DNA from: Octopus sinensis
Lineage: Eukaryota
Length of the DNA: 64,000 nt
Assembly (NCBI RefSeq): GCF_006345805.1
Contig: NC_043001.1
Span: forward strand, 37,448,001-37,512,000
Direction: 5' to 3'
In this document: one piece after another, positions 50,561-60,475 of the stretch
How positions within the stretch are numbered: position 1 is the stretch's first letter
How the letters are laid out: the number at the start of each line of letters is the position of its first letter
The notes under the pieces: generated by a model
Seen by the model: the letters and a program-made list of their open reading frames with translations, nothing else
What the model was told of the DNA's origin: nothing
Databases searched by the model: none
Translations under genes and position numbers: made by a program

Positions 50561-51339
50561 CATGTGTGTGTTTATAGATAGATAGGCAAGGTATGTGTAT
50601 ATATATGTGTATTAGGGCTCAGAGCACCCCTGTGAATTGTTAGTTCATGTTGAACCATCCAATTTATGCTACAACTCTTACTCTGTCTTTTATTTCCCCT
50701 CCCATTTTTCTTCTTTTCTCTTACTCCCCCCTCTCTCACATTTCTTCACCTTCTTTCTTCAACTCCCACTCGTTTATCTCCCTTGCATCTTTCCCTTTGT
50801 CTCTGATTTTTTTCTAATCCTTCAATCCCACTGTCCCCTACCCATTTCTCTTCTTTCCACGTGACCGGTGTCCGGCCAACCATGATCTTTCTTTCTTGGC
50901 CTGACACCTCTTGTGTCCATATCCCATGTTCCTGCCTTTAGGCTTTCACTCCATACATACCAGCTCAATTTGAATTGTTCTCAGTTGAAAGATGCCTGTT
51001 GTTATTTCTTGTTGTTTGTATTCGTAATTCTGTACCATGTTCTCCATTTTTTTTGTTTGTTTGTTTTTTGTCTTTGTTGCTGTACACATTCGCTAGCTTT
51101 CTTACAAAGTAGTCTAATGCTCTTAGCTTAGACATTTTTGGGGGCAACCAGATTGAACCATCTCAAGTGTAACTGTCTGAAATGGTCGTGACTTCTGGTA
51201 CTTGACTGAAGAAAGAAAGCCAAGAATGACCCGTCTTTTTTTTGTCTGTCCTGATTGTTGTTTCTCTTGTCCACCTTTGTGTCATTTATCTGTCCGAACG
51301 TTTTAATGCCCTCTATTGTGTTTTTTTTCTATTTTTATA

Positions 51340-51703
51340 TCTCTATATATATAAACGGCAAAATGTCTGCGTGTGTCCTTCATACAAATCCACAATTTTT
51401 CAGTTAGAAGGGCTCAAACTTTCTATGGTCATTCAAAACCGTCCAAGGGTGGTCGTGCACATCTTTACATTTCCTCAGTCACCCAACAAAGCCATTAAAA
51501 AAATCAATAGAAGTGACTTTTTTGTGAATTTTCTATCCAAAACCCAATCAAAATGCCCGAAACTTAATACACCAATTGAATGCCAGCTAGCTGTATGTGA
51601 TTGGTCGGAGATTTGGACAGTACTTGCGAGTATGTGTGCACGCATGCAGCTGTATATGCATGCACTAGCACTATGACCCGGCAACACCGGGTCATAGTGC
51701 TAG
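51340..51703 (+). mobile_element. Non-autonomous Helitron ending in a perfect 18-bp hairpin
   Basis: A|TCTCTATATATATAAACGG start. ACTAGCACTATGACCCGG-CAACA-CCGGGTCATAGTGCTAG|T end. Confidence 0.75.
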
Positions 51704-52305
51704 TCTATTACATAAAATCCGTTCTGTCTGTCTGTGTGTGTGTCTTTTAGGATTTCAGGCATCTTCGATCCGATTGCGCTCAAATTTGATGAGTAGATAT
51801 TGACGGTATCAGGGCGTGTATAAGTCTTGAAAAAATTACAAAAATCAATTCCAGGTGAAAATGCGATCGATAAAACCATGGGAATGTGCAAGTACATCAG
51901 CTGTTGCAATTGATACTATGTGTAACGCCGTGGGAAAATGCATTTGTATGTGCATGCACATCAGCTGTTGCGATCGATACTGTGTATGCAAGAAAAATGC
52001 ATGTGCAGTTTGTGCAAAAAAAGCCGACTGCCTCGAAATAATGCCACAAAATGCAGTATATTTAAGAGACAAAAAAATAAGATGCAAAAGAGATATTTTC
52101 TTCAAACTTGGCACGAAGGAAGGAAAGATTATTTGCTTTCACAAGAAGTTTTTTTTTTTGGTCTTAACTTCGTTTAACAAAACCAAAAATGTTATTGAAA
52201 TAAAGGCATGCTTAATTATTTTTTAATGAAAAGAAAACACCGATTGCTTTCTATTCAGCAGACATGATTCAGCACCGTCCATTGGATGGAGGTGCGTTTT
52301 GCTTG
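51704..52305 (+). mobile_element. Second Helitron directly abutting the first
   Basis: TCTATTACATAAAATCCGTTCTGTCTGTC start. GCACC...GGTGC hairpin (52272-52295), then GTTTTGCTTG|T (decayed CTAG). Confidence 0.65.
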
Positions 52306-52338
<33 letters not shown>

Positions 52339-52681
52339 ATGCATATACATATGTATAAGTGACCTTATACATATGTATATGTGACCTACCTCAATTTGGT
52401 CACCCAAATCACAAAACAGTCCCTAATTATCCAATTAACTATGTAATGATAAAATAGTTTGTTGGTTGACAAAAATCTGAGTCAAGTCCCAATACAAAAC
52501 TATTTATTATATACATATATACACACACATATAAATACATATGCATACAAACACAAACATATATATGCATGTACATATAAACATCATCATCCTCATTTAA
52601 TGTCTTCTTCTCCATGCTAGCATGAATTGGATGGTTTAACATGAACTAATAATCCACAAGGGGGCTCTGAGCCCTCACACG

Positions 52682-52746
<65 letters not shown>

Positions 52747-54083
52747 GCCTAATCTATTTATCTATCTGTCTGTCCGTATATATATATTTATATATAATGG
52801 AAGTAGATACTAGACAGTTTCATGATTTGAGAGCTTCTATCAACTGCACTCCTCCAAACAACATCTGCAAATATTATCATGCAGTCCATCTACCTCACCT
52901 CATCCACCCCAAATGCCTGCCAACACCGTTTGATGTGCTTTGATGTGGCTTTGACTCAGTTTGGTCAGCCAACTCACAAAACAGTCCCTAATTATCCAAT
53001 TAACTATGTAATGACAAAAATACTTGGTTGGTTGATAGAAGAACAAAAATCTGAGTGAAGTCCCAATACAAAAATATTTATTAATTATTAACAAAAATAT
53101 TTTGTCATTGACAACAGAGAAAAAGTATAAAAATATTTATGCCTAATGAGTCAGTTCATGTGTGTCCATGAGAAGTGTCAGCAGTGATAGCAGATTGGTG
53201 TAGTCATAATTGAAGTGGATGGAGTAAGTCCCTGCAGCAACTGACTTTAGCTGTATTATGACCAATGATCAGTGACCAGACAAGCCATCTATATATACCT
53301 AATGTCCTGTTAAAGAAAAGGCACTAAAGACAAGATTGTTTATAGCATTCCAATATGTTGTTTATCCCCAAATGGTTAGGCTGTTTACAACTGGGTTTCT
53401 GACAGGTTAAGTGTCTGCTGAATCTATTGTGTTTCAATGGGCAGCCTAGCTACTGATAAAAACAGTTTCTTAATATGTTTACAGGAACCTGAATGATTAC
53501 TTGCTTGCTGATACCATTCTCCAACAAGATACTGTTTTAGTGTTTACAGTTACTTTCACATTTAAACAATGATTTCAGGTTCAATCTCTAGGTAGTGAAT
53601 AGATGTTTGTGACTCTCTCAACCATAGCCACTGTTATAACTATTTACAATTCTATCGATTGGATAATTTTAAATTTAGGTACACAGATCAGCACCGAAAA
53701 TGAGATAAAATCTTGCAGAAACTTTCTATATGAGGCAATGTTGGTTTGTTGTAAGATGCAAAAGGCTACATAATTATTGACAAACATTTTCTTAGCTTGT
53801 AACATAGGATTTAAATCTTCCTATTCGTTTAGAGCAAAGTAATGGGGGACCACTTCAATTTCTATTCAGATAAAACACTACATGAGACGAGCTATTTCAG
53901 TGATACATGAGCAACCAGATGGGCTATTACTGTATTTAACACTGGTCAAAAATTTTCTCTCAAGTGACACTAAGTAATGATGCTCACAGGTTTTGAAAAG
54001 AATCCCATACTGAGACAAAAAGTAAGAATTCCTCTTTTGAAGAGAATAAATAATTTTTTGAAAGACATTTAGGTTGCTTGAGA

Positions 54084-57029
54084 TCATACATGAATAGATA
54101 TTACAGGAATTGATGTAGCCTGGAAGAGCAAAATAATTAAAACAAAGAATGAAGTGACCAGGAACAACATTCCTATAAATAGGAGTTTAGGAGAGAAGAC
54201 TGTCCATATAAAGAGATGGAATCGCTGGAAAAATACTAATAGGGTATATGCTGGGATGGATGCAGTTACAAATAGTATCATACAAAGACTTGCAATATAT
54301 AACCTGTAAGGCATCTGTTGGTGTGGGGATGAGCTAAACAAGTAACTAACCAAACTGGAATACCAGAACATCATGCCAGAGTATGTTGCCAAAGTTAATA
54401 GTATTCCCACATATATTGGCTGATAATGGGTAGAACCAAAATATCCAGCTGCAACATCTATAGAACTGAGGCTATTAGAATGACCCTGATAGAAAAATGT
54501 AGCATTTGCCATCCAAAAATAAATTAAAGATACACACCAAGAAGGCAGCTGAACTATAGGAAGGATGTAATAACTGAGAATGACTTCTTGAAGTACAGCA
54601 GTAGCAATGATGACAATATTATGAGGGTGAGAGGTAAGAAAGGATGACAATACAATACATCCAGACTGCAGGCATAAAATAAAAGACTTCAGTATAACCA
54701 AGTGAGTAAAAGGTGTGTTACCAGAATTACTGCTTTGTTGATAAGGATGCTGCCATTTAATGCCAAAAAATACCTTCACAAACATTAGTAAAATACACCA
54801 TTTTATCAAATAAGCCTCATTTACACCTTTTTCACTGCATTGATAGGGAAACATAGATGGTAAGTAAATGTGATTACTAGACACATGGAATAAGTATGTT
54901 GACACAAAGGCCACCAACAACAGCAAGAGATGACCTTTACTTTCTACTTGGTAAGACCGAACAATTAAAATTATTAACAGAGAAACAGCACAAATGACTG
55001 AAAGAGTAGTTTTGTTTTTTGACTCCATGAGCCAGTCACCAAGATCAGGAAGATCCCGCCATTTGTCTCCTGTATTATTCCACATTCGTTGTGATCGACA
55101 CAAGACAAGCATAAGGAAAGATGCCACACATGACTTGTAATTGAAGTTTATATATTGAGATCGTGGCCCATAGTTAGTAATATTATAATATATTCGTTGC
55201 TGGCTTAATTCGTGTGTTTGAGGGTTCATATTTGGTCTGCAATAACTGAACGAGTATTCAAGGGATAACCTTGATACTAAATACCAGCTAGTAATGGCAA
55301 ACAAACTACAAGTTAGGAAGTACCAAGTCTGGTGTTCTTCTTCAATAAAGCTACTTGACATAAGGCTCACAGAATGTAAAATAGTCCCAAATACCACAAA
55401 TGCTGAAATAAAATTTTGGAAAACTAGCTTTTTCTTCAATATATTTAGAAACACTGGAGTTATAGAGACTACTAACAGAATTATGAGATATGAGGCACAG
55501 TTCAGCAAAATGACGACTGTTGGATTACTGCAGAGAATGGTTTGATGTTTACCAGAACAAATTAACAATTGCACAGCTAATAGTACCAATCCAGTCAAGA
55601 AAAGACACAAGCAGTAGGTATTAGTTATGACAAGTTCGATGGAACTACTTCCTTTCTGCAGTATGATAACTACAAGTACATAAAGGAATAACCATAAATT
55701 GATATTACTAAAGATCATTCCACTGACATCATGATTAATCATCTTCAATAGCATTTTAGAACTCATAGTTTTCATAGCATCATGATAAAATTGGACAATA
55801 GACTTGCCTTCCTGATACCATTGAGCAGTATACTTCTGGCTAGCATTTTTCCATAACTGGTGTCTGGAAATGGCCAGCTCATACTTCAACACAGCATCGT
55901 TATTTTCCCATTTTGGTTCATATACTTTGAAGACTGACAACACTTGGTTAGCATTGATGTACATTGAATGAGCAATATTCTCAAGAGTTGAAAATGGTAA
56001 CAGTACATCAGGTATCATGACACCGATATTGTTGCGTGGTATTGCAACTCCTAAAGCAATAGCCAGTGTTGCAGTAATATCAATTTGGTCAACTTCAGTG
56101 AACGGCTTCAGGAAGGTGATTTTGTGATCTTTCTTTGTGTTGTCAGCTGAATTAAGCCAAATCATAGCTGAAGTAACTTCTTTGTGAGAAGAACCCCCAT
56201 GACTCCCTTGGTCACTCATGCCATGATCACCACAAATGACCATAAGAGTTTGTTGGTGTTGATGCTGTTCTTGAAGTTTTTGGTGAATGAATTCGATAAT
56301 TTTATCCATCTCTTGAAGTTTGGGTTCCACCAAAGGACTAGATGGCTTTGCCATGTGACCAATGTGATCAAGCCCAAGGTAGTGCAGTATCATCACATCC
56401 CAATCATTTTGTTGCAATTCCCATTCCAAGTGCCGGCTAACATTAGTATCAACCTCGGTATAGTCTGAAACGAAAAATGAAACTGTACCATCCTGTCTAT
56501 GAAAGTAGTCTGGGAATAAATTAATCCAAGTATTATCACCATAAAAGACAATTTTTTTCCCAGCTTTGTAAAGCTGAAATACAAGGTTGTCTTCCTGGGC
56601 AGCCTGCGCACCAAAATTAAGTATAACATCCATATATCCAGGAATAGTCCCAGTCATCATTGCTTTTATTCGAGGAAGGGTTACTGTAGGTGGGTGAGCG
56701 ATCGAGTAATAAGCAATTGCCTCCTCTCGTTTTAGAAGTTTTTGGACATACTTCATGTTCGAATTTTTGCTGTGGATAACAAAATCTGCCCGGAGAGAAT
56801 CAATGACCATAACCACAACACGACTGAATGGACTTCTAAAACCATAATTTAACAGAGAATCGTATTTGTTTCCATCTGATTCAACAGAAATATTTGCAAG
56901 TTCATCTTTGGATTCATAAAAATTATTTTTTAGGGGGAAAAGCGAAAATAAATATGTGCAATAGAATAAAAAGAAATTTAGAACAAATAACAATGTGAAA
57001 ACTTTTTGTGATATCACTAAAGTTGCCAT
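54084..57029 (-). CDS. PIGG: GPI ethanolamine phosphate transferase 2 (PIG-G), 981 aa, single-exon CDS
   Basis: Alkaline-phosphatase-fold motifs VVMVIDSLRADF, PPTVTLPRIKAMMTG, GDNTW, DVMILHYLGLDHIGH and GDHGMSDQGSHGGSS. Multi-pass hydrophobic C-terminal half ending HLFIWTVFSPKLL, which is PIGG-type (PIGO has HLMVWKVFAPK). Length is close to human PIGG. Confidence 0.93.
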   Translation of the reverse strand: MATLVISQKVFTLLFVLNFFLFYCTYLFSLFPLKNNFYESKDELANISVESDGNKYDSLLNYGFRSPFSRVVVMVIDSLRADFVIHSKNSNMKYVQKLLKREEAIAYYSIAHPPTVTLPRIKAMMTGTIPGYMDVILNFGAQAAQEDNLVFQLYKAGKKIVFYGDNTWINLFPDYFHRQDGTVSFFVSDYTEVDTNVSRHLEWELQQNDWDVMILHYLGLDHIGHMAKPSSPLVEPKLQEMDKIIEFIHQKLQEQHQHQQTLMVICGDHGMSDQGSHGGSSHKEVTSAMIWLNSADNTKKDHKITFLKPFTEVDQIDITATLAIALGVAIPRNNIGVMIPDVLLPFSTLENIAHSMYINANQVLSVFKVYEPKWENNDAVLKYELAISRHQLWKNASQKYTAQWYQEGKSIVQFYHDAMKTMSSKMLLKMINHDVSGMIFSNINLWLFLYVLVVIILQKGSSSIELVITNTYCLCLFLTGLVLLAVQLLICSGKHQTILCSNPTVVILLNCASYLIILLVVSITPVFLNILKKKLVFQNFISAFVVFGTILHSVSLMSSSFIEEEHQTWYFLTCSLFAITSWYLVSRLSLEYSFSYCRPNMNPQTHELSQQRIYYNITNYGPRSQYINFNYKSCVASFLMLVLCRSQRMWNNTGDKWRDLPDLGDWLMESKNKTTLSVICAVSLLIILIVRSYQVESKGHLLLLLVAFVSTYLFHVSSNHIYLPSMFPYQCSEKGVNEAYLIKWCILLMFVKVFFGIKWQHPYQQSSNSGNTPFTHLVILKSFILCLQSGCIVLSSFLTSHPHNIVIIATAVLQEVILSYYILPIVQLPSWCVSLIYFWMANATFFYQGHSNSLSSIDVAAGYFGSTHYQPIYVGILLTLATYSGMMFWYSSLVSYLFSSSPHQQMPYRLYIASLCMILFVTASIPAYTLLVFFQRFHLFIWTVFSPKLLFIGMLFLVTSFFVLIILLFQATSIPVISIHV

Positions 57030-57540
57030 ATATAATCCAAATGTTAATAATTCAACAACAACTGTTAGATATTTTAAAACTGCACGTGGATCGCTCGTGA
57101 ATGAGTGATCTTAGGTTTTAAATTCAAATTATTAACGAATTTTGATTATTAACGAAATCAAAACAAACCGGGGAAAATATAAAATAGACATATATCCCGA
57201 CTAAGCGAAACGAATATGTAAATAGTTTGAATTCACTTATTAAACGAAAATACAGAAATCTCTTTTTAATCGTTGAACTACCTAATTTTTTTAAGCAGAA
57301 AAGAATACATACACATACATGTGTGTCTCTCTCTCTCTCTCAATACACTCACACACACACACACACATTTAATAGTCGTTTCGTTTATTCAGGATATCCA
57401 AGTCTACTTTTGTATTTTCCTCGGACAGTTTTTGTTGTTTAATCCCGCAGTTACAAAGCCAGAGTGTTTGCCGGGGCAATGATGATGTTTAGACCGCAAG
57501 AAAGTCCCAGAGCTCGCCTAAGAGTTCACAAGTTTTAATG

Positions 57541-58649
57541 GGCGGAGTTTCGGATCAGGGTGCTCACATAAATTAGATTTTTTCCCATTTTGACGGGGAT
57601 TTGTTCAGTTTTTGTTTTTTTTTTCAGAACAGCATTCGAAATGATGTGGGGAAGCTTTTTATGAAAATAAATTTTCGAAAATTTTTGATTACTTTTCATT
57701 AATTTTGTTTTTTTTTGCCAATTTAATTCTTTTTTTTTTTTTTTTTTTTGCACTTCACACTCAAAAACGATGAGAGAAACCTTTTCGGTAGAAAAAAATA
57801 GTTTTGGAATATTGTCAGAAGAAAAGATATGTGATTTAAGGGAGATTTAGCTGTTGTTTCTTGCATATCCTTCAACATTCCTGGTACCTTCCTAGTTTCT
57901 TTGTCACTATGACATGTATTGATGTTTTTCTATATTTTTCTCCCTATAAACATTTTATGGAATGGCTATCCATTGCTGGGAGCTCTTACAACAAAAAATT
58001 GCAATTCATATTTTAACCCCACCACTGCATCAAGTGAGTCCGTGCGTGTAGTGTGCGTAAGAAAAATATATTTACCAAGTATGCTATTAAAATAAATTAT
58101 CTTTTTCATGCCTTTTTTTTTAATCACTGGATAAATCCCAGCAATGACTTCTTCCGACTCTCCAATATTTTTTTAATTTTTATAAACAAAAAACAGGGTG
58201 AAAAAAACAAATTTTCAAAATTATTTTTTGTTTTTAATATACTTTTCTCTGGGTAAATATATTTTCTTATACACACGCACATTCCCATGCACACACATGG
58301 ACTCGCTTGGTGCCGAAGGGGAGGGGTAGGAACGAGGAAGGTACCAGGTGGTCGTAGAATTTGCTGGAAACAACAGCTAAATCTCACTTAAATCACAAAC
58401 CTTTTCATCAGAATTTTTTTACCGGCGTTTTTAAGTGCTTAGTGCAGAAAAAAAAAAATTACTCAACATCTGTCCACATAGGGGTAAGGGATTGCGCGGT
58501 GGAAAAAAAAATCATAAAGTTTGAAAAAGTTTTTTCCATAAAAAACTTCCCCGTTCATTTCGAAGGCCATGGGGAAAACAAAAACTGGAAAAATTCCCGT
58601 CAAAACGGAGTATATCCAACAAGTGGACATCCTTATCCGAAACACCACC
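57541..58649. repeat. Diverged 1.1-kb palindrome (fold-back element)
   Basis: Mirrored blocks: GGCGGAGTTTCGGAT / ATCCGAAACACCACC; TTTTGACGGG / CCCGTCAAAA; GATTTAAG.GAGATTTAGCTGTTGTTTC / GAAACAACAGCTAAATCTC.CTTAAATC; CCTGGTACCTTCCT / AGGAAGGTACCAGG; CAAGTGAGTCC...AAAATATATTTACC / GGTAAATATATTTT...GGACTCGCTTG. Confidence 0.85.
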
Positions 58650-58920
58650 AGCAAATCGTTAGTTAATTATTTTTTTATCATAGGTGTTCACTAAGTTTTT
58701 GGGTTTTTTTTTATAAGATTAGTCCTTATACAGTAGGAATGTTAATGAAATGTAAACAATATCTATATTTTTCGAAGTCAACTATTGCTTCTTTAAAAAT
58801 AATAATCATCCAATATAAACAATGGTTACCTTTTTTTCTTTAAAAGAAACTGACATAACATAATGTGAGTAACAACATAGGTACCATAAGACTAATGACT
58901 TGCTGTTAAAGTCGTCTTGA

Positions 58921-58926
58921 TTTATT
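58921..58926 (-). promoter_or_regulatory. Candidate polyadenylation signal of the 495-aa gene
   Basis: AATAAA on the minus strand about 62 nt after the stop codon. Confidence 0.5.
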
Positions 58927-58987
58927 AATATTTTTGCACACCTTTACGAAGTAATTCAGTTTCTAGTGAAGTACATTGATTTCGTTA

Positions 58988-60475
58988 TTAATTCTGAAGT
59001 AACTTGGCTAATTCCTTGTCTATAATTGCAACCATTTCTTTCTCTAAATTAATGTTTGTTTGCAAAGAAGCTTCAATGTCATCTTCTAGATGAATGTCGA
59101 GTTCTTCCTTAACTTCGCAACTTTGAGTGTCATTAGATATTTGAGATGTTTGGTCATCATCCACACTATCAGTAACATCATCCGTCTCATCTGTTACTTC
59201 TTCCTTTTCTGCACTTTCCATCGACAGACTTGATTCTTCTTGATTAACTTTAGTCATGTTATTGTATTGTGATATGGATGTTATAACAGGGTCGCTCAGG
59301 GTTGAAGGTTTGAATTGATTTTCGTTTTGATCATTTATAGGAATTGAAAGAGCCCTTGAAGTTACGTCTTGTTCAAACTTATTAAGAAGTAAAGTCAGTG
59401 TTGCTTGTAGAATTTCATATTTTCCTCGAAGGGCTGTGATTTGTTGATGAAGGTTACCGCAAATAGTTTGTGAACACGCTTTTGCCTGCTCTAGAGCACG
59501 CATGATAGTGTCTTTCTCTTCTTCAAGGTATTGGCACCGAGCTATAAGATTCATTACACAACTTGTTAACTTCCGAAGAACCGACACCTCTTCATCTTGG
59601 AAAAGTAAGAATTTTTCTAAAGTTTCCATCGAACCATTTTTAACAGCAAAATTAACGTCACAGTCCGATGTATGGTAAACCTTACCATAGATTTTACATT
59701 CATCTATATTTTCTGACACACACCGACGAGGCATTTGAATATCGAGTTTAACACAAATATTAGAACGCTCTAAAGTTTTATTATTATCCTTTGAATCATC
59801 TGTCTCAGTCTCAGACGTGGTTTCTTTGTCTGTCAGGGCAGTATCTTTAGTTTGAATATTACCTCGAGAATTCGTTCTAAATTCCAATATGTTGTCTGCC
59901 GACTTGACATCGGTGTTAGTAAAAGTGAAAATATTTTTGTCCGTTGTTTGGTCAACCCCAGACAACTGAACTGATTTGCATGGCTTTAGTTCTAGCTGTT
60001 CGGCTGTTTTTTTAGCAACGTAATTATCATATAAAACATCTTCATTTTTCTTGTCAAGTAGGAAGTCAGCTCGAAGATCTGCGACTTTGTTAATCAGGGT
60101 TACAATTGCTAATTTATGACTGTTCAATTCTTCGATTATGTCGCTGTAGGGAAATGATATCGTTGAAGGGTTACCATTTTCCAACAAACGAGTCAAAACT
60201 TGATTTCTGGCTTCAAATTCCTGTAAATTAATATTCAGTCTACCTAAGCTGCTTAGAAATGCTGGTAAAATACTTGCAGATCGTTTTAATTCGTTAGCCA
60301 TTCGACTAACATAAGCTTGTAGAGATTCATTATGACAGAAATTATTATCAACATTATCTCGAAAAAGATCGTCAAGTAGCTTAAAAATTGATGTCAAATC
60401 CTTACATTCAGTCCGACTGTTTTCAAACCCAAATTTTATTCCCGATGTCGAGCAGTTCTCTTTTGAAGATTTCAT
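58988..60475 (-). CDS. Uncharacterised 495-aa protein with two predicted coiled-coil regions and acidic S/T/D/E-rich linkers, intronless ORF
   Basis: A 1488-nt open frame in AT-rich DNA with natural amino-acid composition. Heptad-like segments at about aa 50-140 and 285-370. Downstream AATAAA. No family motif recognised. Confidence 0.8.
   Translation of the reverse strand: MKSSKENCSTSGIKFGFENSRTECKDLTSIFKLLDDLFRDNVDNNFCHNESLQAYVSRMANELKRSASILPAFLSSLGRLNINLQEFEARNQVLTRLLENGNPSTISFPYSDIIEELNSHKLAIVTLINKVADLRADFLLDKKNEDVLYDNYVAKKTAEQLELKPCKSVQLSGVDQTTDKNIFTFTNTDVKSADNILEFRTNSRGNIQTKDTALTDKETTSETETDDSKDNNKTLERSNICVKLDIQMPRRCVSENIDECKIYGKVYHTSDCDVNFAVKNGSMETLEKFLLFQDEEVSVLRKLTSCVMNLIARCQYLEEEKDTIMRALEQAKACSQTICGNLHQQITALRGKYEILQATLTLLLNKFEQDVTSRALSIPINDQNENQFKPSTLSDPVITSISQYNNMTKVNQEESSLSMESAEKEEVTDETDDVTDSVDDDQTSQISNDTQSCEVKEELDIHLEDDIEASLQTNINLEKEMVAIIDKELAKLLQN

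Noticed and set aside
50860-51310. PLE-like fragment with CTGAAATGGTC and CTGAAGA motifs
   Set aside because: The motifs are in the wrong order or degenerate, and stems I and II cannot be built convincingly.
51242-52226. Several 70-144 aa ORFs, including a Cys-rich 123-aa one
   Set aside because: They lie within non-autonomous Helitrons and (TG)-rich sequence, and no domain is recognisable.
54084-57029. Alternative assignment as PIGO or PIGN
   Set aside because: The C-terminal HLFIWTVFSPK and GHSNSLSSID motifs and the overall length fit PIGG, not PIGO (HLMVWKVFAPK) or PIGN.
57460-57530. ATGATGA box-C-like motif upstream of PIGG considered as a C/D snoRNA
   Set aside because: No box D (CTGA) or terminal stem at a suitable distance.
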